From the IMG/VR virus record IMGVR_UViG_3300028864_000017: a DNA stretch of 64,000 bases. One strand, 5' to 3'. This DNA comes from a virus. Taxonomy: Duplodnaviria; Caudoviricetes. A model generated the notes under the pieces. The model had not been told where the DNA came from. It saw nothing but the letters and a program-made list of their open reading frames with translations, and ran no database searches. The translations under genes were made by a program, and so were the position numbers. Positions 39,575 to 49,054 of the stretch are shown here, one piece after another (position 1 is the first letter of the stretch; each line of letters opens with the position of its first letter).

Positions 39575-39841
39575 ATGATAACAAATTTGAATATTGGAGA
39601 TAAAATTATTCTAAAAAAACCTTCAAATATATTTGAGGAATTTGGAATACCATCAGATTTGAGTGTTGATGAAACTTATACTATATCTGAGATACATAAA
39701 GGATTAATTGATAATGTCATTATACGTGTTGGAATAAAAGAAAAACCATATTCATTATATTATATTGGATTATTTGAAACATCATTGAAATTTGAAAGAA
39801 GACAAAAATTAAACAACTTGAAAAAATATGAAAAAAACTAA
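39575..39841 (+). CDS. KOW/SH3-like protein with RxxKL tag
   Basis: LNIGDKIIL, LSVDETYTI, ERRQKLNNL. Confidence 0.65.
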   Translation: MITNLNIGDKIILKKPSNIFEEFGIPSDLSVDETYTISEIHKGLIDNVIIRVGIKEKPYSLYYIGLFETSLKFERRQKLNNLKKYEKN

Positions 39842-40904
39842 TTTAAAACTGGCAAACGGAGAAAAAGCACTAATTGTTGATAACAATGAAGTGAAAATTT
39901 TAAAATCAGAAAACTACAATTTTCTATTTAATAAAAAAACAGGATTCTTTGCCAGATGGGGTAAAACAGAAGAAGATGATGGAGATTTAAATCTTGGATT
40001 ACCTGAAATTGCAGATATCGAAATTGCTGAAATTTGTGAAGGTGTTCCTGGAATAGGGCCATGTAAATTCTGCTATAAGAGTAATGGTAATCATGGACAT
40101 AATATGTCATTAGAAACATTCAAAAAAGTTTTCGATAAATTACCATCAAGTATTGGACAAATCGCATTTGGTTGTGGTACATTGAGAAGACATCCTGAAA
40201 TGTGGGAAATTTTCAAATATGCGAAAGATAATGGTGTCACACCAAATTTGACAATAAATGGTGACGTTGATGATGATGAATTTGATAAAATTTCTGAGAT
40301 GTGCGGAGCATGTGCAGTTTCTATTTATGATAAAAATCTATCATATGACGCTATTAAAAAACTTACTGATCGTGGAATGAAACAAGTGAATATTCACTAT
40401 ATGATTAGTCAAGAAACATATGAAAAGGCATTTGAAATAATGGATGATATAAAAACTGATCCAAGACTTGAAAAATTAGGAGCATTAGTATTTTTGAGTT
40501 TAAAAACAAAAGGTAGAAGCAAAGGCAAATTTCATCAATTGACTCAAGAACAATTTTCTAATCTTACTAATTATGCTCTTACTAATTCTGTTCCTATGGG
40601 ATTTGATTCTTGCTCAGCACAAAAATTCATGAAAGCAATTAAAGGACATGTAAATGAAGAAAAAATGATTCAATGTGCAGAACCTTGTGAAAGCACACTA
40701 TATAGCTTATATGTTGATGTCAATGGCAATTTCTTTCCATGTTCATTTTCACCTGATACAGAAGGTTGGGAAAAAGGATTATCTGTAATTGATTGTAATG
40801 ATTTCATTGAAGATATTTGGCAAAATGAAAAAACAAAAAAATTCCGTGATGGTGTCATAAAATGTAGGAACTGTGCTAAAAGTTGTTCAATTTATGAAAT
40901 TTAA
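39828..40904 (+). CDS. Radical SAM enzyme with SPASM/twitch C-terminal domain
   Basis: CEGVPGIGPCKFCY (CX8CX2C), TPNLTING, CAVSIY; PCESTLYSLYVDVNGNFFPCSF ... CRNCAKSC. Confidence 0.88.
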   Translation: MKKTNLKLANGEKALIVDNNEVKILKSENYNFLFNKKTGFFARWGKTEEDDGDLNLGLPEIADIEIAEICEGVPGIGPCKFCYKSNGNHGHNMSLETFKKVFDKLPSSIGQIAFGCGTLRRHPEMWEIFKYAKDNGVTPNLTINGDVDDDEFDKISEMCGACAVSIYDKNLSYDAIKKLTDRGMKQVNIHYMISQETYEKAFEIMDDIKTDPRLEKLGALVFLSLKTKGRSKGKFHQLTQEQFSNLTNYALTNSVPMGFDSCSAQKFMKAIKGHVNEEKMIQCAEPCESTLYSLYVDVNGNFFPCSFSPDTEGWEKGLSVIDCNDFIEDIWQNEKTKKFRDGVIKCRNCAKSCSIYEI

Positions 40905-40934
40905 TTTATATAATTTTTTATTAATATTCTAAAT

Positions 40935-41417
40935 TTAGAATATTAATAAAAAATATGATATTGAAACAGTTAAAAATGTAAATATTTCTATCCACCAAAC
41001 TATATTTGGCTTCATTTTTGGTATTAAATATGTTATAGCAGTCAATAACAATAAGCCTGCAGTTAAATACCATTGATTCATAATGAATGTAATAAATATT
41101 TGGGAGAAAAATATACCAACTATAGCTCCAATTGAGTGAACTGTATTTTCCATTTTTAAATCTTTAAAAGCAGGAGCAGCACCAACAAAGCATATACCTG
41201 ATCCAGCTAAAAACATCAATCCAGATAACGGAACTCCAATCATAATAGCAGGAATTGCATATCCCCACATCGCAATAGTAAAAAGAAATTGTAAATTTCT
41301 TGGAAGTTTATAATAACTCAATGAAACTGATGACAATACTCCATATGTTAAAAACATTGATAATACATATGAAATGAAAAAAGTATTCATAATTAAATAT
41401 AAAATTAAATTATTCAT
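40935..41417 (-). CDS. Multi-pass membrane protein
   Basis: About five hydrophobic segments; SVSLSYYKL, FVGAAPAFK, VHSIGA. Confidence 0.7.
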   Translation of the reverse strand: MNNLILYLIMNTFFISYVLSMFLTYGVLSSVSLSYYKLPRNLQFLFTIAMWGYAIPAIMIGVPLSGLMFLAGSGICFVGAAPAFKDLKMENTVHSIGAIVGIFFSQIFITFIMNQWYLTAGLLLLTAITYLIPKMKPNIVWWIEIFTFLTVSISYFLLIF

Positions 41418-41466
41418 AGTTTATTTTTATTGTATATATTTATTATCAAATTTAATTTTTTAAAAA

Positions 41467-41676
41467 ATGAAAATAAAAATAGAAGATTTATCTTTTAAAG
41501 AAGAATTGGAATTAATTGATTCTGCACTTTATAATGCTATTTATATTATGAGATGGACAGAAAACAAAGAAGGATTATATGCAGTACTTCAAGTAGAAGA
41601 AGCTGAGAAGATGGTGGAAGATATAGTAAGTGAATTGAATAAAATAGGGTACGAAATAAAAAAAATTGAAAAATAA
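41467..41676 (+). CDS. Hypothetical protein
   Basis: ORF. Confidence 0.55.
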   Translation: MKIKIEDLSFKEELELIDSALYNAIYIMRWTENKEGLYAVLQVEEAEKMVEDIVSELNKIGYEIKKIEK

Positions 41677-41720
41677 TTTGGTAATTACAAAAATAGTTTG
41701 TATCTTTAATAATATTATAA

Positions 41721-41975
41721 ATGACAATATTTACACTAAGTCTTAATAATTTCTTTTTCGATATTGAAGATAATATTTTTTATCATAGATATAATAGTTT
41801 TAGAGTAAAGTTTGTGGAATTTCAGACACATAACGAATTTCATTTATATTACGGAGGTTACGATAATTATCTAGGAAGCTTTACTGATGAAGAAATATTT
41901 ATTAAAAAAATGAAAGATTATAATATTAAGATATTGAGATATAAAAAATTAAAAGAATTAGAACTCACAAAATAA
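41721..41975 (+). CDS. Hypothetical protein with RxxKL tag
   Basis: LRYKKLKEL. Confidence 0.6.
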   Translation: MTIFTLSLNNFFFDIEDNIFYHRYNSFRVKFVEFQTHNEFHLYYGGYDNYLGSFTDEEIFIKKMKDYNIKILRYKKLKELELTK

Positions 41976-41982
41976 TAATCAT

Positions 41983-42285
41983 ATGCAAAAAAATATTTTA
42001 AATTTAGTAAATAGTTTTTGGAAATTTGATTCTGAACAACAACCATCATCAAGCTGGAATGATAAACAAGACTTATTAAAAGAGATTGAAAAAATTCAAT
42101 TTGAAGAACTTGCGTCTGTTCGAAATAAATTAAGTCCTATATATAATTTATTAACAATGTTAGAAAGTTCATCTGACGGAGAAAAAATAGTTATCAAAGA
42201 TTCATTATATTTATTGGTAATATCTGAGATTAAAAAATCAAAAGAAGTTGTTGAATATATCGCTAAAAAAGATTTAGAAAAATGA
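41983..42285 (+). CDS. Hypothetical protein
   Basis: ORF. Confidence 0.6.
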   Translation: MQKNILNLVNSFWKFDSEQQPSSSWNDKQDLLKEIEKIQFEELASVRNKLSPIYNLLTMLESSSDGEKIVIKDSLYLLVISEIKKSKEVVEYIAKKDLEK

Positions 42286-42734
42286 TTGATGAAAATGTTT
42301 TATTTTTAACTTTCGATGCATCAGGATTTAATGGTCCTCGTCTTAAATATTATAAAGGAGAAATTTATAAGTTTGTAAAAATAGAATATCCTGGTCTGAA
42401 ATTTAATAGCACATTTACCTGTGTTGTAAATTATAGTATTGATATTAAATTGATACGTAAATTGAAATTGATGAGTGTAGCAAATCAAATAAAACATAAT
42501 AGCAAAGAAGATTTAATATTAAGTTTTATTGAAAAATCAAAGACTCTTAATGATAAAAAAGAATTTCATTATCCTAATCCTAATTATTGGTATAACTCAG
42601 ATGTTGGAAATGATATACTATTTGAAGAAAGAGAAATGTTAAGAGTTGAAAAATTAGAAAGCAACAAAAACAAATCAAAAATGTATAGTCAAAAAATAAA
42701 ACAATACAACAATAACAGAAACTATCGTAGATAA
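42282..42734 (+). CDS. Hypothetical protein
   Basis: Internal IRKLKLMSV. Confidence 0.6.
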   Translation: MIDENVLFLTFDASGFNGPRLKYYKGEIYKFVKIEYPGLKFNSTFTCVVNYSIDIKLIRKLKLMSVANQIKHNSKEDLILSFIEKSKTLNDKKEFHYPNPNYWYNSDVGNDILFEEREMLRVEKLESNKNKSKMYSQKIKQYNNNRNYRR

Positions 42735-42737
42735 TTT

Positions 42738-43019
42738 ATGAAAGAAGATACATGGAAAGATATTTTTATTAGACAAATTGGTTCTGGTAGATTTTGGAAA
42801 AATTTACTAAATAATGATTTTGATAATAGAAAATTTTTAGATAGAAGTGATGCAGTTTATATCTGCAAAAAAGCTCAATCTGACGCTTATGATAATTTAA
42901 TTATAATCCTAAATAAAGATTATGATATTGATAAAGAGATTATAATTAATATTAAAAAAATACAATTTGAATTGTGGAATACTGATGATTCAGGATTAGG
43001 ATTAATAAAATTAAAATAG
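42738..43019 (+). CDS. Hypothetical protein
   Basis: ORF with TAG stop. Confidence 0.6.
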   Translation: MKEDTWKDIFIRQIGSGRFWKNLLNNDFDNRKFLDRSDAVYICKKAQSDAYDNLIIILNKDYDIDKEIIINIKKIQFELWNTDDSGLGLIKLK

Positions 43020-43907
43020 ATGAATAAATATTTCACATATACAATAAAAGACAAAAAAGATAAAAATTATCTTTTTATTAAATATCTTATTGTAACTAAT
43101 ATAAAATTTTCAAGTTATCATGAATGCGAATATGGTGAGTATATAACTTTCAGTGTTAATAATAACATTCCAAGAAAATTAAAATTAAAAGTTCTAAATA
43201 ACATAAAAATTAGTTATGAAGAACAACAAATTTTAGAAATTATTAGTCAGTCTACACCAGGTGTGAGAATGGATGTTATGTGTGGTTCTGATTTTAATCA
43301 CACTTCTGAAACAGCAAAAAATTTCTCAAATACAAACAACGTAATTTGCAGTTTCAATTTTAATGGTATAATTTGTTTAATTGACAAAAGTACAAATCTC
43401 AATAATTTATATAAGTATTATAATGATGCTCATTTGATGGAATGGGCTAAAATTGGTCCTATATGTGATGATGAATATGATGATAAAACTAAAATTGAGT
43501 ATGAAAAAAAATTAAAAATATCTGAGGAAAAATCTATAAAAAGAAGAATTGAAGAACACAAAAAAGATATTGAAGTTAAAAGAAAGTATAAAGAAAAAAT
43601 AAAAGGAATTGATATTGAACTATTAAATCAAAAAGATTGGGATGATTGGAAGTTAAAAAATAAAGATTCATACGGAAATTGTGTATTTGAATATGCTGAA
43701 GGATGGGCTAAATTAATGCAATCAGAAGCAAAATCAAAAAGTAAAGAAATTGATATTGAATTACTAAAAGAAATTGCAAGTAAAACATCATTTGAAATGG
43801 ATTTTTTAGGAATATCAGGATCAATGTTTTATGCAGCTCAATCAATTCTTGTACAATGTTGGAAATATGGTAGTTTACTTAAAGAATGGAGTGAAATCAA
43901 TAAATGA
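43020..43907 (+). CDS. Hypothetical protein
   Basis: C-terminal DSYGNCVFEYAEGWAKLMQ ... GISGSMFYAAQSILVQCWKYG phage domain. Confidence 0.65.
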   Translation: MNKYFTYTIKDKKDKNYLFIKYLIVTNIKFSSYHECEYGEYITFSVNNNIPRKLKLKVLNNIKISYEEQQILEIISQSTPGVRMDVMCGSDFNHTSETAKNFSNTNNVICSFNFNGIICLIDKSTNLNNLYKYYNDAHLMEWAKIGPICDDEYDDKTKIEYEKKLKISEEKSIKRRIEEHKKDIEVKRKYKEKIKGIDIELLNQKDWDDWKLKNKDSYGNCVFEYAEGWAKLMQSEAKSKSKEIDIELLKEIASKTSFEMDFLGISGSMFYAAQSILVQCWKYGSLLKEWSEINK

Positions 43908-44542
43908 AAATAATAAAAGAAACTTGTTATAAAGGAACTAGAATTTTAGTCGGAGGAGAAAAAAGAGAATTAATAAATTCAATGATTAAAATATTAATTG
44001 ATGAATATCATTTTCAGGAAATTCAAATACCAATCATTCAATTTCAAGAATTGTTTCAAAATAAGGTAGGAGAAGAAAATAACAATATGATGTACAATTT
44101 TAAAGATAGAGGAGATAGAGATTTATGCTTAGCTCCTGAATATACTGCAGTTGTTCAAAAACTATCTAAAACAACATACAAAAATGAAAAAGATGTATTA
44201 TTATTCTATGTTTGTGAATGCTTTCGTGGAGAAAAACCACAGCATGGAAGATTTCGTCAATTCACTCAATTTGGAGTTGAAATATTAAATCCTACTCATG
44301 ATTATCTATCAGAAGGAGCAAACTTACAACATTTAGCAATGAAATTATTAACAAAAAATTTCACTGATAATATTGATGATTATGTTATTAACAATGATGT
44401 AAAAAGAGGACTTGATTATTACAAAAATGGTAAGGGATTTGAAATAACTTGCGAAAAATTAGGATCATCAAAACAGATTTGTGGAGGAGGAGAATATGAT
44501 GGAGGAGTTGGATTTGCAATAGGAATTGACAGATTAATATAA
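43904..44542 (+). CDS. hisS: Histidyl-tRNA synthetase-like protein, catalytic core only (212 aa)
   Basis: YNFKDRGDRDLCLAPEYTA; motif 2 FRGEKPQHGRFRQFTQFGVE; RGLDYY; motif 3 GGGEYDGGVGFAIGIDRL, then stop. Confidence 0.88.
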   Translation: MKIIKETCYKGTRILVGGEKRELINSMIKILIDEYHFQEIQIPIIQFQELFQNKVGEENNNMMYNFKDRGDRDLCLAPEYTAVVQKLSKTTYKNEKDVLLFYVCECFRGEKPQHGRFRQFTQFGVEILNPTHDYLSEGANLQHLAMKLLTKNFTDNIDDYVINNDVKRGLDYYKNGKGFEITCEKLGSSKQICGGGEYDGGVGFAIGIDRLI

Positions 44543-44587
44543 ACTATAAATAAAATATTGAATATAAATAATTAAATTAAAAATAAT

Positions 44588-44941
44588 ATGAAAATAAGAA
44601 GTGGATTTGTGAGTAACTCAAGTAGCTCATCTTTTGTAATTTTATTACCTGAGAATTTTCTTGAAATTGTTGATTATGATAAAATTACTGATGGTGATGA
44701 AGATTTTCCATTAGACACGTTTAAAGAATTATTGAAAAAACTTATTGATGAAAATGGATTATATAATTATGATATTTATGAGTATATAATATCTAATGAC
44801 GTGGAAGATTATGATTTACCTGATAGTTTAAATGATGTTATTCGTCCATACATAATTGCAGAGGTTGAAGGTGGTCCAGATGAAGGACAAATTATTATTG
44901 CTGATACTAAAAAAATCAATGAAATTTTAAAAAAGAAATAA
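44588..44941 (+). CDS. NSSSSS-motif protein 1
   Basis: MKIRSGFVSNSSSSSF. Confidence 0.8.
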   Translation: MKIRSGFVSNSSSSSFVILLPENFLEIVDYDKITDGDEDFPLDTFKELLKKLIDENGLYNYDIYEYIISNDVEDYDLPDSLNDVIRPYIIAEVEGGPDEGQIIIADTKKINEILKKK

Positions 44942-44945
44942 AATT

Positions 44946-45386
44946 ATGAAAGTAAGAAATGGATTTGTAAGTAATAGTAGCAGTAGTTCTTTTATTGTTA
45001 CTATTAAAAATGGAGAAAAAATATCAAAAAATATTCTTATGAAGTTATTTGATTTAGACGAAAATTCTATATTATTCAACTTTGCAAATGGATTATCGGA
45101 TTGGATGATTAACAATCTTAAAGAAATGAGCATTAAAGATATATTTGAAAATTATTGTGATTCAGGTAAGAATTTATCAGATGAAGAAATGATAGATGAA
45201 ATAATTGAACAAGGATATCCTAATATATCTAGAGAAGATTTGTTAAGAATATTAAGAAAAGAATATCGTTATTATGAAGGTTCAGCATCTGATGATTCTG
45301 GAGATGGATTAGAAACTTATTTATGTGAAACAGGAATAAATGTCAACAATGATTTAATTCACATTCAAAGTGGAGGAGATTATTAA
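44946..45386 (+). CDS. NSSSSS-motif protein 2
   Basis: MKVRNGFVSNSSSSSF. Confidence 0.8.
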   Translation: MKVRNGFVSNSSSSSFIVTIKNGEKISKNILMKLFDLDENSILFNFANGLSDWMINNLKEMSIKDIFENYCDSGKNLSDEEMIDEIIEQGYPNISREDLLRILRKEYRYYEGSASDDSGDGLETYLCETGINVNNDLIHIQSGGDY

Positions 45387-45403
45387 AAAAATAAATTAAA
45401 AAT

Positions 45404-45796
45404 ATGAAAATAAGAAATGGATTTGTAAGTAATTCAAGTAGTTCATCATTTGTAGTAAGAGGAATTAAACTTACAATATATGATTTAGCAAAATGCTTGA
45501 ATATAAAAAATGAAGAATTTGAAGAAATTGAAGATGATTATGATAAATTTGAATTTTTTTCAAATAAACTTGATGATGAATTTAGAATTGAAGCAGATGG
45601 TAATTATTTTGGAGAAAAAGATTACAATACTCTTATTGTAGGTGATTCACTAGGTGGATTAGAAGATGGAGAAGTAACAGAATTTAAAGATCGTACAACA
45701 GAAGAAGATGATGCATTACGTCAAAAATTTGAAAAATATGGAATTACAGGAGTAATTAACACATATATTCAAATGGTGAGTAACGACAATTATTAA
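45404..45796 (+). CDS. NSSSSS-motif protein 3
   Basis: MKIRNGFVSNSSSSSF. Confidence 0.8.
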   Translation: MKIRNGFVSNSSSSSFVVRGIKLTIYDLAKCLNIKNEEFEEIEDDYDKFEFFSNKLDDEFRIEADGNYFGEKDYNTLIVGDSLGGLEDGEVTEFKDRTTEEDDALRQKFEKYGITGVINTYIQMVSNDNY

Positions 45797-45824
45797 ACCA
45801 GTTTAAAATAGAATTAATAATATT

Positions 45825-46271
45825 ATGACAAATAATCAAACTCATAACATATTTTACTTTCTTGGAATTATGATAAATGATAATAAAATTATAAATACAT
45901 CACCTGATTATTTAATAGAAAAAGCTAATGCATTTTTTAGTAAATTAGGAAAAGATGAATTTATATCTAATATTAAAAATATATATCGTTCTCAAAAACT
46001 AGATTACACTACTGAATTTTGGTTATCATATTGTCAAATATGGCATATTGATAAAAACAATTTTGAATTGTTAAATATTATTAATTTTATATTAAATTCA
46101 AATATTACTGATACTAAAAATGTGATTCAAAACTTTAAAAAATATATTGGAGATATTAATATCATTCCTGATTTAGATTTGAGTTTTAAATTGCATCCAA
46201 CATTATTAATACATATAAATAAAAGTATTGATTTTGATAGTAGATATTTAAAGTTATTATCACTAAAATAA
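45825..46271 (+). CDS. Hypothetical protein
   Basis: ORF. Confidence 0.6.
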   Translation: MTNNQTHNIFYFLGIMINDNKIINTSPDYLIEKANAFFSKLGKDEFISNIKNIYRSQKLDYTTEFWLSYCQIWHIDKNNFELLNIINFILNSNITDTKNVIQNFKKYIGDINIIPDLDLSFKLHPTLLIHINKSIDFDSRYLKLLSLK

Positions 46272-46291
46272 AAACAAAAGAAAATAAAAGA

Positions 46292-47329
46292 ATGACAAAT
46301 AATATAGCGTTAACGTATGATGATATTCAACTTATACCATTTTATAGTGAAGTAGAACATAGAAATAAAATTTCATTAACAACAAAACTATCTACAAATT
46401 ATGAGTTGATGATACCATTGGTAGCATCACCTATGGATACCGTTTGTGAGCATGAAATGGCGTTTAAAATGTTTCAATTAGGAGGAGTAGGATGTATTCA
46501 TAGATTCATGACTATTGAAGAACAAGTTGATGAAATCAAAAAATTAAAAAAATTAATTGATTATAGTTTATATAATCCTTTTATTAATGTACAGAATATT
46601 CCAATAATGGCATCAGTAGGCTCAAATGGAGATTTTTTAGAAAGGTCTAAATCATTAATAGAATCTGGAGTAAATGTAATTCTTATTGATGTTGCTCATG
46701 GACATCACATAAATGTCAAAAAAGCGATTAAAGAAATAAAAGGATTGAATTTAGGAGTGGATATAATTGCAGGTAATATTGCAACTGCAGAAGCCGCAAT
46801 TGATTTGCAAAATTGGGGAGCTGATGGACTAAGATGTGGTATTGGTGGCGGAAGTCTTTGTACAACTAGAATCAAGACAGGATTTGGTGTTCCAAATGTT
46901 ACAAGTTTAATAGAAATTTTAAATGTTGCAAAAGTACCAGTTATGGCTGATGGTGGAATTAGAACAAGTGGAGATATATCAAAGGCTCTTGCATTAGGTT
47001 CATCTACTATTATGTTAGGCTCACTATTAGCTGGAACAGAAGAATCACCAGGAAAGGTTATAGAGAGTCCTAATGGCTTATATAAACGATATAGAGGCTC
47101 TGCATCATTAGAAACAAAAACTGTTCATGGTCAAGCGGAAAGAAATGTGGAAGGAGAGTCAACAACAATTCCATTTAAAGGAGGAGTCAAATTTGTAATT
47201 GAAGGATTAATAAACGGTGTTCGTTCTGCATTATCTTATGGAGGTGCAAAAAATTTATCTGAATATCACCCTAAATGGTATCAAGTAACAAATGCTGGAA
47301 TTGCTGAAGCAAGACCACATTTATTATAA
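46292..47329 (+). CDS. guaB: IMP dehydrogenase / GMP reductase family protein without CBS domains
   Basis: LTYDDIQLIP, ASPMDTV, IDVAHGH, GIGGGSLCTTR, ADGGIRTSGDISKALA, YRGSAS, VEG. Confidence 0.9.
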   Translation: MTNNIALTYDDIQLIPFYSEVEHRNKISLTTKLSTNYELMIPLVASPMDTVCEHEMAFKMFQLGGVGCIHRFMTIEEQVDEIKKLKKLIDYSLYNPFINVQNIPIMASVGSNGDFLERSKSLIESGVNVILIDVAHGHHINVKKAIKEIKGLNLGVDIIAGNIATAEAAIDLQNWGADGLRCGIGGGSLCTTRIKTGFGVPNVTSLIEILNVAKVPVMADGGIRTSGDISKALALGSSTIMLGSLLAGTEESPGKVIESPNGLYKRYRGSASLETKTVHGQAERNVEGESTTIPFKGGVKFVIEGLINGVRSALSYGGAKNLSEYHPKWYQVTNAGIAEARPHLL

Positions 47330-47347
47330 AAATAAAAACATGATAAC

Positions 47348-47809
47348 ATGAAAATAAGAAATGGATTTGTTAGTAATTCATCATCAAGTAGTTTTATTGT
47401 TGGCATAGCCAAGATTAATGATTACAATGAATTTACACAATACACAAAAGATAATAATATTAAATTAGATTATGATGTTAAAGTATTAACCTTATCTAAT
47501 ATTAAAGAAAGTACTAATTATGATATACATTTTAATAACAATAAAATTTATGTAGATTCATTTCAAACAGATGCAAATTTAGATATTAAAGATTGTAAAG
47601 ATGAAGATTTATTTTTAGTTGTTAATATATGTAATAATGAAGGTGATTCAGATTTTATGACATCTGATTATGATGATATTGATTATGATATTGATATGTC
47701 ATTCTTTAATAAAAATGATAAAAACGTTTATAATGCATTTTATAGTAATAAATCGGGATTGGACTTAAATAAATCAGAAGTTTATTTTGGTGCAGGTCGA
47801 AATGGATAA
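47348..47809 (+). CDS. NSSSSS-motif protein 4
   Basis: MKIRNGFVSNSSSSSF. Confidence 0.8.
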   Translation: MKIRNGFVSNSSSSSFIVGIAKINDYNEFTQYTKDNNIKLDYDVKVLTLSNIKESTNYDIHFNNNKIYVDSFQTDANLDIKDCKDEDLFLVVNICNNEGDSDFMTSDYDDIDYDIDMSFFNKNDKNVYNAFYSNKSGLDLNKSEVYFGAGRNG

Positions 47810-47830
47810 AAAATAAAATAAAAATAAAAT

Positions 47831-48133
47831 ATGAAAATAAGAAATGGATTTGTTAGCAATTCATCATCAAGTAGTTTTGTTATAATTGGAGTCAAAAGAT
47901 TAGATTGTACAGAAGAAGAAGTTGAAAATGGATTTGAAAATGGAATAGAAGCACTTGATGTTGAAATGTCTAATTATGGATATATTGTTGGATATATAAT
48001 TTCAAATGGTGAAGAATTAAATTCTAGTATAACACCAATATCTGTTATAATGGAAAAGTCAAAAATAGTAGCAGAAACATTAAATGTTGATATTAGTGAA
48101 GTAGAATTAATAACTGGAACTAGATATTGTTAA
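47831..48133 (+). CDS. NSSSSS-motif protein 5
   Basis: MKIRNGFVSNSSSSSF. Confidence 0.8.
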   Translation: MKIRNGFVSNSSSSSFVIIGVKRLDCTEEEVENGFENGIEALDVEMSNYGYIVGYIISNGEELNSSITPISVIMEKSKIVAETLNVDISEVELITGTRYC

Positions 48134-48150
48134 TATAAATAATATAAAAT

Positions 48151-48789
48151 ATGAAAATAAGAAATGGATTTGTAAGTAACTCATCATCTAGTAGCTTTAT
48201 AATTTCTAACAACAATTTTGAAAGTTTACGTGATCTTGCTACGCATATGATTAAATCGAAATATGATGATTATATGGGTAATACTGGAAGAGATAAACAA
48301 TATGATAAATATAGAATAAAAGAGCATGATTTATACATTAATGGGCTAAAAAATATAGACAAAAATCAGGCAATAACATTTCAAAGTTGTAACTATGATA
48401 CTTATATAAAAAAAGTAGCAGATTGCTATTTAGTTTCTACTAGTAATAACGAAGATTGGGATTTATGGCAATTTAGCACTAAATTAACTGATGATGCAAA
48501 ATCAGAATTACGAATATTATTACAAAAATATAAGGAAGATGATGATGAATGGTGCAGCATAACCAGTCTACTTGATGGTGATAGTGAATTTTATTCTTTT
48601 GATAATGATTATTATTCTTTAGATTATCAATTATTAGGAAAAGAAAGTTATGAATCTTGTCCAATATGTGATAAAAAAGGAGATTTTAATTATATGTGGG
48701 AAACAAAAAAGCACGGTCTTATATGTCCAGTATGTAATACAGTATATAAAAGAAAAGATAAATTAGATGAAATAACTAAAAATTTATAA
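48151..48789 (+). CDS. NSSSSS-motif protein 6 with Zn ribbon and RxxKL tag
   Basis: MKIRNGFVSNSSSSSF; CPICD ... CPVCN; RKDKLDEI. Confidence 0.8.
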   Translation: MKIRNGFVSNSSSSSFIISNNNFESLRDLATHMIKSKYDDYMGNTGRDKQYDKYRIKEHDLYINGLKNIDKNQAITFQSCNYDTYIKKVADCYLVSTSNNEDWDLWQFSTKLTDDAKSELRILLQKYKEDDDEWCSITSLLDGDSEFYSFDNDYYSLDYQLLGKESYESCPICDKKGDFNYMWETKKHGLICPVCNTVYKRKDKLDEITKNL

Positions 48790-48861
48790 TATTTTTGATT
48801 AAAATATTATAATATCAAATATTTTTTATAATTTTGTAAATAAAAATAAAAATAAAAATAT

Positions 48862-49053
48862 ATGTTAGAATTATTAAAATATGCTACTTCAGATTTTTGG
48901 ACATTTATATTTTGTTTTTTCATAATTTCTGTAATTGGAAGTTTTATAGTGGAAATATTCAACGCAATTTTTAAAAAGTCAGAGATTAGAATAGATTTAA
49001 CAGATAAAAAAGATAAACCAGATAAAACAGATAAAACAGATAATAAAAAATAG
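48862..49053 (+). CDS. Small membrane protein
   Basis: One TM helix; DK(T/P)DK repeat tail. Confidence 0.55.
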   Translation: MLELLKYATSDFWTFIFCFFIISVIGSFIVEIFNAIFKKSEIRIDLTDKKDKPDKTDKTDNKK

Positions 49054-49054
49054 T

